A DNA stretch of 60,617 nt, filler included, from Catajapyx aquilonaris (GCA_000934665.2; 4 parts of 4 records of this genome joined end to end with filler, not necessarily neighbours in it); one strand, 5' to 3'. Positions 31,384 through 42,356 are shown, counted from the first letter of the whole stretch. The notes: generated by a model from the sequence alone, not told the origin. Translations and numbers: made by a program.

Positions 31384-31830
31384 TTAAACGGCAGATTTCT
31401 TCCACTTCTTATTTTTCCTAGCTGCTGCATGTGTTGCCCTCTCCTCCAGAAATGTTTCGTTTAAAGAACGTAATCTGATGAAGGTTCGGACCCGGACAAA
31501 ATGATGAATCACTCTCTCATTCACATTAGAAAACTTTTCCCTTAAGATAAATTTCAGTTTCTGAATCACTTTTCGGTCCTTGCAAATGTGATCCATGGTA
31601 TGCTGCAAAAGACACCTCCAATAATTTAATTATTGTCTCTAAAAATTCTTCAGTAGGCTCCAACAAACCTCCCCTAGACAGGACCCTGATTCAAGACAGG
31701 CCTACATCTTCTCCTGCAAGTGTCAATTCCCCTGTTGGGGTTGCAATTGTTCGGTCAACATCTCGACACTTGTAAGCAATATATCCCGCCAGATACTTGA
31801 AAACTTCCGCCTGACAATCGACATTTCTGG
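31384..31830 (-). pseudogene. P-element/THAP9-like transposase C-terminal remnant
   Basis: FKYLAGYIAYKC...S*IRVLSRGGLLEPTEEF, then a frameshift, then VIHHFVRVRTFIRLRSLN. Pattern resembles the P-element transposase C-terminus; one stop and one frameshift. Confidence 0.7.
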
Positions 31831-34065
31831 AGGTGTTGATTGCTTCCTCTGGAAAGGTTCTGGGTTACAGGTCTGCCAATTCTCAAATTTTTAGCTCACT
31901 TAGAAGTGTCATCAACTTAAATGTGATTAGCCCAGGTTTCTAGTTGATGTTCACGTTTTCCGATAAGTAGCCCCAGAGAGTAAGAAATACACACATATCA
32001 GAAGAGTAAGACATTTATTTTGTCACTTCACTATACATCACTTACGTATTATAATAAGTGTTTAATATTACACTATACCGTTACTAAAATATAAAATGAT
32101 AATAACTGGTACTTACATACTGATGATACGCGGGTGTCCGTCCTGGAGAGAGTCTGAGGAGATGGGAAACGGCGAGCCTTTTTATAGTGGCCAATGGTGC
32201 TTTTAACGCGCAGAATTATAGTTAAAACTTGCGACATTATGGTGCAATAAGTGCAGGTGCGAAGGGTGGCGCAACGCCTCTTTCGCAACTGCACACTGCA
32301 GAATAAGGAAAAATTGTCCTTTGTCATCGATTTAATACTGATCAACTGCGCAATATCCAGATGACTAAGTGTCAGGTGTTTAAAAGGATATTGCACAACG
32401 GGCGAGATTAAGTCGCATAAGCTTGTGAAATTCTGATCTATATCGCGTACGTAAATGGTATAGGCCTCGCTGGGTGACAAATCTCCTCCCTCTTCAGAAA
32501 ATTTTTCCGGACAGATAAATTTTTCTAAACATGAGTATAAGTACGGTATACTCCCAGAGATGGGAACCTTGAGGTCGACAGATGTACAGCAATGAAAATG
32601 ACGCAAGGGAGATAGTGAATCCTGGTTAATTAAAAACAAAGACAGTCTAATACCACTGAATTAAAATAAGAATAATAAAATCAAATAAGACAAAAAGAAA
32701 CACTGTAAACCCTGAAGGACTACCAGCCCACACTCTCGCTGGCAGTGACCCGCTTATGTGCTGGACGTTTGTTCTCTTCCGGCCGTCCCCCCCGTCAAAT
32801 GGAGCACCCTGACCTCCTGGGGGCTTGTCAGCAGGATGCGCCGGGGTGCGGAGTTGGGTTGCAGGGTAGGATATGAAAGAACCCGGGTGTCGTCCGTCGG
32901 TACGCCGGCGGCCGCTGTGGCCGTTAATTGGACTGGAACAGTGTTGCTGCCGCTCTGGCGACGACGAGGCCGCTTCGCCGCTACTGCCCCCCCGCTGGTG
33001 TTGTCAGGGGGCAGGCAACAGGCCCCCTTCTCTTCCTCCCGCGGCCGGCCACCCCTGTCCCAGGCTGCGGTGGCGGGACACCGACCTCAAAACGGAGCCT
33101 CGGACACTGCGACGCCACCACCCGGAACACCACGTTCCTGGCAGGCCCCGGTGTCGTCACAGCCTCACCACCTTGTCCAGGAACGTGCGAGCCGGTGTCG
33201 CCCAGCTGATCCATGGCGGCCGTAGGAGGATCCGCCGGCGCCGTCGCGGTTGACATCGCACGGGGTCCTATCCCTCCCGCACGCATCTGGTCAAAGATGG
33301 TCTGCTTCCAGGGCCGCACCACCAGGGTCGAGTCTGGAGGCAGCCAGCGCCAATCCGAGACCCAGTTGTTGTTTACCCGGAGTAATTCCATGCCCCCACT
33401 GAAAGTCTCCGGGCAAATGATGATGGATCCATGTGGTATGGCGTGTCCAGCAACGTGGAGTGTCACCGGGGATGGCGACACCTCCGGCGTAGGCTCTGGC
33501 AGAATGCAGGTGAGGAGGGGCCCATCTGCCCTGGTGCAATCCTCCAGGATCGGAAACAAGCTCCGTAACGTGACTGGATGTGAGGACTGCATTGGCAGGG
33601 TGAAGAAAGGAAAAAAGGAAGGGAAAAGACTGTATGATAGGTTGGAGATGGAAGAGGACTGGAGATGGAAGAGGACTGCTTGGGTGGAAATGGGAAAGCA
33701 CATTGGACAAGGCATTGACGGACCTTGTCCACCAGGATGGTAAAAAGATGATGACCACTACCTAATATAATTCTCAGCAACTTCACTCCGGTCAAAAGTG
33801 AAACTCGGATATTTCTACGCCAGGAAGATGCTGCATCCCAATGAAACATCCTGACTGATTGACATAAAAAATGGCTACCGTGCGGCAAATTCCTACTGAG
33901 TCCAGGTCCCGGTCCTTATGTAACGAACAAGAGCAAAATTTGTGAAGAAAATTAATAACGATAATAGAAGCAGCTGTATCCACTACTTATAAACCAGTAG
34001 GATACGCTAGAAATTCTAAATAAATGTGTTATTATCGTCAAAACGAAACTTAACTCATGGTTCCA

Positions 34066-35849
34066 AAGGTAAAACCGTCTAAGTGACAAAAACCTACTTC
34101 TGAGAAAAACGCATTTGAAAATCTTTTCGATATAGCACTCGTCCCTTTGCTCGGAAGAATATACCAATATACTTAACTTTTGACGGTGAATTTAATGGTT
34201 CATTGCATTTTAGTCAAATATCTGTATTTTAATGTGGTTTTGTAGATAGACGGTTGTTCCTCTGAATTTGTAAGTTGAGACGATAGCTATTTTGTACATA
34301 ACCATTCATCTGCACTTGTAATGAGAGCAGTGTTGTTAGGTTATAATGGTTACAAAAATGCTTTTAATGAACACCTAAAGGTCGCAGGTCATCGCAGGTG
34401 CCCCCAGAGTAAAGACCAATTTTAGCTGAGCAGGTTTATTCAATCAAAAAGCAGGTTAAATAAAATACCACGTCAATGTAACTATCATCATTCTTCATCC
34501 TCGTCTCATACCCCCCACTAAACCTTAGTCGTTCGCCTACAAAAAAAATAAAAAATGCACAGACTCCAAAAATGCGAACCACCAACAACTACAACCGTTC
34601 ACGTTCCGTTAAATTTTTTCTAGATGTCCTAGAAGGTCGCAGCTATCTTCATTTTCGGGCATCTTGTTCCAGAAGTCCCGCCTTGTTGCAGGAAGCAAGG
34701 GCACCAGTTTCGAGGCAATCTGGCGCTTTTTTTTTTCGGCCTTGATGCCTCGAGGTGCGCTCAGGGTTGGTGGGATTCGGAAGAGTGAGTTCCTTTTTGC
34801 GAATTCTTTCTTTGTAACTGCTACCCATTCTGTTTGGTCAAAATCCGTCTTGTAATAAAGGCTGAAGGAATGCCGTCGAAACTCCACTGCGCAGACATCC
34901 GCCAGTTTGGGAAGTGTCTCGCTTTCCAGTGATCGTCGAGTACGGAAGTTGCTCGTGAAGGTGTGAAAGTTAGAATGCTCCATTTGCACAGTGTGGACAT
35001 TTTGTGCTGCCTCTTTACACGACCTATCAAAATCATCAAAATCGTACACATTCCGCATTTTTCGCATTCTTTGTTCGATGCGGCCATGCAAACCATCCGC
35101 TGCCATGAATGTGTGACCGCGCACTAAGTACTTCAGTGTGATGGTACTGGCTCCAGTCACACTTGGGTGGTTGATAATAATTATCAACAGAGCGGAAAAC
35201 AGTACCCAGTTCTTGTTTTGGGCGGAGCAATTGTCCAACCAAATGACAATATGCTCTTTGTCCCTGACCTTCCTCAAAAACATAAGAAATGCACTGGCTA
35301 CATCTCCCGCCTGTCTTCCTGTTGTTGCCTCATGCCAGAGTATGCAGTAATGGGCTTTATCTTTGGGTTTTCCATTCTTTCTCATCATGGCAAAGGTCTC
35401 GTTGAATACAACTAACCGAGACACAAAGAAAGTGGCTTTAATATCGGGCATTCTTGGAAGAATAATAACTTTTTGGAGATCGGCAGCATAGCTGCATATG
35501 TCCGTCCGCTGACAGTCTCTCTCGTAATGGGACCTAGCCAGTCTTACTTGAGTCTGATGCAGATTTGCCAACCTGGTGTTTTCTTCCGAAGGATCATTGT
35601 CATACAGTAGACATTCCTGGCACTTTTCACCATCAGTATCTTTGAAGGCAATGTTCAACTCCTTTAGGACAGTCCTGTACACTTCGTAGCTGCACTTCAC
35701 TTCTTTGCCATGCTTTTCAAGAAAGTCCTTGTACATGACAGTCACACTGAGTTCCGGTGGCAGATACCTTCGCCAGGGTATGCGCTCTCTGTCGTAATGG
35801 GAAGCAGCTGGGTTGAAACTGTTAATGTGGCTTTTGATAATGTCACGGT
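34066..35849 (-). mobile_element. Sola (Sola1-like) DNA transposon, 3' part, interrupted at 35850
   Basis: Contains the transposase ORF. A terminal-like block AAAACCGTCTAAGTGACA...GAGAAAAACGCATTTGAAA lies at ~34070-34120. Left boundary approximate. Confidence 0.7.
34609..35849 (-). CDS. Sola-type DDD transposase, 5'-truncated, catalytic core open
   Basis: The frame stays open upstream of the called ORF: RDIIKSHINSFNPAASHYDRERIPWRRYLPPELSV. Core motifs: C..C, DLQKV, WHE...GR, WLDNCSAQNKN, GHTFMAADGLHGRIE. Confidence 0.85.
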
Positions 35850-36290
35850 AGTAGTGGGCGAGGGGCCTCCCCTAAAACACTTCCGGTCATTGTTCTCACT
35901 TCCGGTCTGAACTTTCGGTCTGAACTTCCGGTTCTCGGTATATTATTCTGTCACCTGTTTCCGGTGTAGGGGGCCACCTAATTGACAGCTATCAATCAAC
36001 GTATGTTATAACGTTATATGTCTACCTGTCAATCATCTTGTTCCACCTGTTTCCATCAATCACCGTTACATATCGTATGTCAACGTATGTCAATCATTAC
36101 CTGACGTTAACCAACGTATGTCAACATATGTCAATCATTACCCAACGGACGTCAATCAACGTGTGTCGGTGTATGTCGGACGTATCTCAACACATATCAA
36201 TCATTACCCAACGGACGTCAATCAACGTGTGCCGACATATGTCAACGTATGCTATGACGTCACATGACGTATGTCAACATATATCCACCT
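35850..36290. repeat. Polinton terminal/subterminal repeats
   Basis: ACTTCCGGT-like motif occurs ~5 times in 35879-35965. A degenerate TCAACGTATGTCAATCATTACC(C/T) array spans ~35990-36290. Confidence 0.75.
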
Positions 36291-36624
36291 AATCATGCTC
36301 TTGAGACCAACTGCCTCACCTGTCGATCATGAGAGGCCATCTGGCGGTGGCCCTGGTAAACCAAACAATTATGCACAAGAAGGTGGGCAATCCATCTGGC
36401 GGTAGATACTAGAACGACACCATATAGCAGCAATTCGACCTTGATCACTTGTTAGCTAAAAAACAACCTCACCTGTTATGAATCCATAACTGTTCCCAAA
36501 TATGCCACCTGGAGGTCACCCACTCACTTAAAACGTGTCGTTTGAGGTCACACAATGAAACGAGAATTGTTACTTTTTTATTTATTCTTTAAGTCAGAAG
36601 ACTAGACACATCTGCTCCAACCTC

Positions 36625-36837
36625 TCAGAAGTCATCCTGTGATTGTTGCAGTGGTTGCTGTTGCTGCAACTGTCTCCGCTGTTTCATGTTCAGCATCCTT
36701 TCAGCAACCCTACGTTCGCACCTCTCAGATATCCGTCGAGAAAGGCCGTAAAATAGGAAAAATAAAAGTATTGTGGTTGAGGTGATTGTCATGGCCAGAA
36801 TAACATCAACCCACCGACACACACTTGATGGATCCAT
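36625..36837 (-). CDS. Putative small single-pass membrane protein within the Polinton
   Basis: 70 aa: hydrophobic VILAMTITSTTILLFFLFYGL, then a basic and Gln-rich tail. An acceptor-like ATTATAG precedes the ATG, and minus-strand AATAAA lies ~40 nt after the stop. Confidence 0.45.
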   Translation of the reverse strand: MDPSSVCRWVDVILAMTITSTTILLFFLFYGLSRRISERCERRVAERMLNMKQRRQLQQQQPLQQSQDDF

Positions 36838-37071
36838 TCTATAATTTTTAAAAAAATGTTACATACAGAATAATAATGTTCACACAAATAATACGCACCT
36901 CTTTAACGTTCAAATGCTATCCTCTGAAGTGCTCTCCTCATAGCCGACCGTGAATAAATCATTTCCGGCTAACACTCTTCAGTTGCAAATCCCACGCTTC
37001 ATTTCTCATACCAACACATTTTTTCATATGACGGAAAAAAAAGCTTGCACTGTCACAGCAAACCTTATTTA

Positions 37072-37750
37072 TTGCTCAAATAATGTTCATAATTAATCAG
37101 GATTAATGTGTATGTGTGGGACAAGATGTAAACTACATCGAGCGGAATAATTTAATTCCACAAATAATTATGAGTGCTCATTCTGCGTATTTACAAGACA
37201 GCTGCAAAATGCCATGTCAGCACTAGGCCTTGCTCAAATAATGTTCATAATTAATCAGGATTAATGTGTATGTGTGGGACAAGATGTAAACTACATCGAG
37301 CGGAATAATTTAATTCCACAAATAATTATGCGTGCTACATTTTACCAAACAGGAAGCGAAAGTTGGCGAACCATCAATGCATCCACACCCCACCGAGTGA
37401 GCCGCCAGCTTCCCGTAGCATTTCCTTCAGCTGGAATCTAGGCAATCATATAACACTTTTAAAAAATCGTATAAATTAAAGGGTTCACTTAATAGTGAAT
37501 ATTATAACTAAGCCTAACGCGAAATGACAGAGGCTAATTAGAGATAATTTTTTCATAAGGTTCCGTATCATATTTAAAATTTTATTTAACATCGAACATG
37601 AAATTCACGGCACACACCCATCCGAATCTTAAACACACATTTTTTAAAAAAAAATCGTATAAATTAAAGGGTTCACTTAATAGTAAATATTATAACTAGG
37701 TCTAACAACCATTAACAGAGGCTAATTACACATAATTTTTTCATAAGGGT
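37072..37750 (+). repeat. Two local direct duplications inside the Polinton
   Basis: 37072-37172 equals 37230-37330 (101 bp). ~37456-37562 resembles ~37640-37750. Confidence 0.85.
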
Positions 37751-39142
37751 CCATAGATAATTAACTATCGAGCAATATGTGACAGTCTATGAAATATGCA
37801 CACTATCATCCCATCACAGTTATGTATGACCAACTTTAAATGTGAGGTCAATGAAGGTTTAAAATGTGTCGTGAAAGTTCAAACAAGATTTCACACCAGT
37901 AACTAACCTGAAAAGGACAAACCAGTGTTAATTGACCTGGATTTTTTTAGCATATAAGTGAGAAGAGTTTCAAACTCCAGTCAGATACCAATGGGAAGGT
38001 GAGTGACATTTTATCCTCTGTATAATATTATTATTGTTTGGTTAAAAGTGGTTTTGTGCAATTGTTCAACATGAGCTCATGTTTCCTTTTGGTCATTCAG
38101 TTGTGTAACAGTTTTTTACGGACCATTATTATTAAGTGTAAAAAAATGACAAGTGTACATGTTATGTAATTGTTTCATTGATCATAATTTGTAATTCTGA
38201 ATTTCAGTTGAGACATTAAGTGATTTTTTAAAAAAGTTACATCAACTGATCATTTTGTATCATTGACCGCACAGTTCTCACGAATTATTTCAACCGTGCT
38301 GAGTGTTGATTTTTCCCCAGAGTTACAGTTGAGTGTTGTTTTTTTTCATCGGAACTTGTGTATTTTTTCCCAGATCTACATAATATCGGTTGAGTGTTGT
38401 TGTTGTTGTTTTTTCATCGGAACAATTGCTAACAGGATGTGTATTTTTTCCCCAGAGCTAGAATCAGTTGAGTGGTGTTTTTTTTTCTTCATCTGAGCAT
38501 GTTACAAATGTGTAACCTGTTGGATTCGCTTAAGTGAAGCGAACAGGTGCAGTATGTGTGGATTTTTTTTTTCCTGAACCATGCCGTGAAGTTATACATC
38601 CCTGCCCAGGAAAAAAATAGCTTCCATCAAATTGTGAGTACACATTTTTGAAGCGGGTAATGGGCAGGTGGTGATTGATAGGACACCTGGTATAATTTAC
38701 ATTTTTTTTACCATAAATATTTTTTTTTGTAAGCACCAACTACTATAAAAAAAGTGGACGGCAATATAATGTACATATATTAAAAGGTAATTCGTCCATG
38801 ATTACGGAGGTTGTTACCGCTTGAACACTGCAACATAAACACACTTTTTTTTAAAAAAAATTTCGTATTACGTTGAAGGGAGCAATGTTTGAAACGCTAA
38901 ATATGTTTATTGTAACGCTAATTAACGTTTCCTAAGAATTATCGTTCCTTGAGACGCAAAACACGTTTCTTGAGACGGTATGACGCGCGTCCATAGCGTC
39001 GTTCTCATCCTTCACTCATATGAAACGCTAAATACGTTTATTGTTACGCTAATTACGTTCCCTGAGACGGGTATGACGCGCGTTAGCGTACGTTTGAAGC
39101 GTTTTTAAGAAAAAAAGATAGACATTATAAAATTTTTTATTT

Positions 39143-39793
39143 TCACAAAATGGTGTTCGACAAACATACTCGATATTTTCCAGCTTGACGGGATACACAA
39201 TTATTAATAGACAGGAAACCAAAGCGCTCCTTCCAACACTGCACACACATCCATTTAAATTCTGAAAAAGTTTCTACATCGCTAGAAGCGTGATCATCAT
39301 AGATTTTTCTCAAGTTACGATCACATTGATTAAAAATGAACAGCATCGAAGCATTGTTTCGTATCAAGGCGGCAGGTACACGGGTATAACTTTGAGCCAG
39401 ATATAAGCAGCTTACTCCATGATGGCGACCATGAGTAAACACATCCTGAATGGATTTTTGTTTCATTAACATGACATCATCGAATACAATTAAATATTTT
39501 TTCCCAAGTTCAAGCTCATCCAGGTCAATGTCATCCCGTGTGAAGACTAGCCTCCACCCTTCAATATTAATATTAAATGCATTGCGCAACTTTTGATAAA
39601 TGGCTTGGTTGGGGGTAGTGGTCACAATAATTAGCACATCATACTCCATGTAATTGGGGATAGTAACCAGGGTAATTAGGAGGTTAGTTTTTCCACTATT
39701 ACTGGGGCCTAAAATCAACCCCCTCATACTCTGAGGCAACACACCCCTTTTCTCCTCCTCCCTCACACGATCCGTCATGTTGTAAATCTCCAT
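39143..39793 (-). CDS. Polinton DNA-packaging ATPase (A32/FtsK-HerA-like)
   Basis: Walker A GPSNSGKT, Walker B LIVFDD, then GRHHGVSCLYLAQSY..VP..IRNNA. Likely start is ATG 39793 (MEIYNM); the longer ORF-track start runs through an intron of the upstream gene. Confidence 0.9.
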   Translation of the reverse strand: MEIYNMTDRVREEEKRGVLPQSMRGLILGPSNSGKTNLLITLVTIPNYMEYDVLIIVTTTPNQAIYQKLRNAFNINIEGWRLVFTRDDIDLDELELGKKYLIVFDDVMLMKQKSIQDVFTHGRHHGVSCLYLAQSYTRVPAALIRNNASMLFIFNQCDRNLRKIYDDHASSDVETFSEFKWMCVQCWKERFGFLSINNCVSRQAGKYRVCLSNTIL

Positions 39794-40445
39794 TGAGAGT
39801 ATCAGGTGGAATGGAATGCATCTCCTTTTTATCTTCCCATCCTCCCTCGATCTCCTCATACAATGTATCGGTCTGGAATAATATAGAATATTAGTAAAAG
39901 TAAGTAGAAAAAATAATTCCCGCTTACCATATTTTCCATCCAACTTTTTACGAGGAAGGCTTTCTTCATGGAGCAATAATGTTGAAGGTGACACGAATAT
40001 GACATCTCTGTGCTGGCTTTTAGCGTTTCATACGAAGGGCATTGAAATTCGTCCACATTGGTTATTTCTCGTTGCAAATAAAACTGCAACATGGCGCATT
40101 GTTCTACACCTATGAAAAAGTATGTTAGATGGGAAAAAGTTTGACTAAATAAAACTTACCTTTAGCGTAAATTATTTGGAATCGATCTGTTGCATCATGT
40201 AGACATTGTCTGATCCGATGTATCGGTATGCAACCAGCAGCAAATGGAATCCCACTTATCCTATTGCGCATGTTTACATTATGCCGGTATATCTCCGGAG
40301 GCCATTGAGTTTTATCCGATTCGAATAAAAAGTGACTGAAGCTAACCATTGGCTGATTAACCGACACTGTTGTAATTTCCTTCGGATAAATATGGCCAAG
40401 TCCATCTTGGTAGCAGTGAGACTCGACAAGTACTCCGGCAAACAT
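39699..40445 (-). CDS. Spliced Polinton ORF (3 exons, 213 aa), possibly DEDD-nuclease-like with a C-terminal Cys/His cluster
   Basis: Exons 40445-40160, 40109-39928 and 39872-39699. GT-AG introns of 50 and 55 nt join three frames into one ORF (IYAKG|VEQ..CPS..C..H.C..VKSWMENM|TDT..). The fold assignment is inference. Confidence 0.7.
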
Positions 40446-40649
40446 CTCGAATGTGAATGAAGAAATATTTGTTTCATACTCTATTAAAGTGAGGGAGCGT
40501 TCGTTAAGTGACCGTTAGGTTCATTAAGTAATGGGAGCGTTCGTTGGCTTAATTGACCGTTAAGCGACCGTTAATTAGTGTCATTAATTACCTGTGAGGT
40601 CATCGATCGTTCATTAGGTGGGGTCAAATAATAGTCGACAATATTTTTT

Positions 40650-41519
40650 TTATTCTGATTTTATTAAACCAAGGAATGATGTCATTTGCTTCAATATATC
40701 AATGTCCGAGGACATGTCTTTCTTGTTATTTACCCCTTCAATTATGTGTAACAAGGAATGTGCTATGGCATCTACATAGATCTTGGGGACAGCACCTTCA
40801 TTCTCCACAGGTAAAGCCAGTCGAGTAATTCGCTGGTTCTTGGCTAAGAAGAGTTTTCCTCTCATCTTGAGGTACAGGTTTTCTCGTTCCCTCAAATATG
40901 ATAGTGTCACTACATCATCATCAAATACAGGTGTGCTCACACTTCCAGTGCGCATTTTATTGGCATCATATCCAATATTATCTCGTTTCAGGCAAGTTTC
41001 CATCTGTTCCTGAACATACTTTTTGGAAACAGCATCTGTGTCAAACACTGGCATATGCAATTTGATAATGCGCTTATTTCGAGCGTCAAATGTTTCGTCA
41101 TCGTCACCTGTCAAACACTTTTTATGGACATACTCTTTCGAAACAGCATCCCAATCTGTTTCTGCCATTCGCAAACCAGTTAAAACTTGATTCCTCACTT
41201 GAAATGCTCCACCATGAAACATAATGCTATTGGCGTCCAGGAAGTGTAAATTGACTGCATCGGAAGGTTTCTCAGGTGCGAACAGGTTGCGTATTCGCCT
41301 GCCTCGCACATTAATGGGGCCACTAGTTGGAATAGAAACCACCTGACTTCCATCCATCTGGGTATATTCTTCCAGATACGATCTGGTTACGGCATCATCA
41401 GCATCGATAGGTGCACCCACATTCCTCAATCGCTCACCATTAAAATCGAACTCATCCCTGGGACGCTTGCCTATACCCGTTCTATGTATTTTTCCAGCAG
41501 GTGTTCCGAATCTATCCAT
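40650..41519 (-). CDS. Polinton repeat protein with six RIxxLxxPxxxxDAV units (fibre/adhesin-neck-like)
   Basis: Units: RLRNVGAPIDADDAV, RIRNLFAPEKPSDAV, VLTGLRMAETDWDAV, RIIKLHMPVFDTDAV, RTGSVSTPVFDDDVV, RITRLALPVENEGAV. The ATG overlaps the protease stop (ATGGATAG). Confidence 0.8.
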   Translation of the reverse strand: MDRFGTPAGKIHRTGIGKRPRDEFDFNGERLRNVGAPIDADDAVTRSYLEEYTQMDGSQVVSIPTSGPINVRGRRIRNLFAPEKPSDAVNLHFLDANSIMFHGGAFQVRNQVLTGLRMAETDWDAVSKEYVHKKCLTGDDDETFDARNKRIIKLHMPVFDTDAVSKKYVQEQMETCLKRDNIGYDANKMRTGSVSTPVFDDDVVTLSYLRERENLYLKMRGKLFLAKNQRITRLALPVENEGAVPKIYVDAIAHSLLHIIEGVNNKKDMSSDIDILKQMTSFLGLIKSE

Positions 41520-41950
41520 ATTGATCTAATATATCCTCGTAAGAACGACCTTGACTCAAGTCGGACAAGACCACTAGGCACAGGTGTCCTCGGGAAGGGA
41601 GAGGGTCGACTGGACTTTGCAGTTGATTCGTATTGTAATATATATTCTTGCCCAGGTATTGATTTAACTCGAGAGGAGGGGTCAGGTTTCCAATAGAATC
41701 GAAATATATTGCTGAACCATCGTTCAATCGCTGGTAACAGGTCCAATGGGTGCCAGGACCCGACTCTGAGTCCAGATTAATTACACCTCATTCTAATTTA
41801 CGTGGACTGGAAGGCAGTTTATCTCTCATAAATACACCACGGAAGCGTTTAATTTTCAACTACTTAACCAAGTCAATAATATCCAAGTTTGTGAGTGGTT
41901 TTATCTTTTTGGATATGGTTTCAATTTCAAACTTCGTCCCAAGGTTTTTT
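41512..41950 (-). pseudogene. Adenain-type maturation cysteine protease of the Polinton, inactivated
   Basis: KPLTNLDI..FRGVFMRDKLP..GVINLDSESGPGTHW..YFDSIG..PP.E..YNTNQLQ..RGHLC. In-frame stops at 41860-41862 and 41788-41790. The expected catalytic Cys of CGHLC reads Arg. Confidence 0.85.
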
Positions 41951-42011
41951 TTCTCCTTCCCTGCCCTTTTTTCAATTGGGCAATAATTTGATTTTGTTTC
42001 TGTATAGCTTC
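41901..42011 (-). pseudogene. C-terminal remnant of the Polinton ORF upstream of the protease, cut by an LTR
   Basis: EAIQKQNQIIAQLKKGQGRRKKTLGRSLKLKPYPKR-stop. Basic, with an LKPY ending that I recall from Polinton ORFs preceding the protease (not verified). Confidence 0.55.
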
Positions 42012-42356
42012 TGTGACCGTTCGGTACGGTCGGTTCGATGGGTGCGTGGGATAGAACAACGAGCAGTTAACAACAAGTAATAGATGTATTGTATGACGAT
42101 ATCAGTTTACATTACTGGGGGTAACCCCGTACATTTTGATATTACATAGCGGCAGCTCGTCAGGCCGAGCTACCTCTAGCCGTTCTGCTGTTGATATTTT
42201 ATGGTCTCTTTATATACCGTTCGTTATCTCCCTGACCTGCGTAATAACGCTGCTGTACATTCCTCGTCTTGCGAAACCTGTTGACATCTTGAATCTAACA
42301 GAATGGTTATTGCAACTGCTGTTGGAATGTCAATTACTGATGTCGTAACTGTGACA
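42012..42356 (-). mobile_element. 3' LTR (345 bp) of a Gypsy/errantivirus-like retrotransposon
   Basis: Minus strand reads TGT...ACA with an internal GTATATAAAG TATA box. Immediately preceded by the polypurine tract AAGATAGGGAGAA (42357-42369). Confidence 0.8.

Larger units (their letters stand above)
35850..42011 (-). mobile_element. Polinton/Maverick (endogenous virus-like element), left arm
   Basis: Begins AGTAGT exactly where Sola homology stops and has subterminal repeats. Carries a co-oriented ATPase, adenain protease and other ORFs. pPolB, integrase, capsid genes and the right TIR are not seen in this contig. Confidence 0.85.

Noticed and set aside
35990..36290. Repeat array as CRISPR-like
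   Set aside because: Degenerate tandem units with no unique spacers and no cas genes; eukaryotic transposon subterminal context.
39794..39994. N-terminal extension of the ATPase in the ORF track
   Set aside because: Non-ATG start that runs through an intron and exons of the upstream spliced gene.
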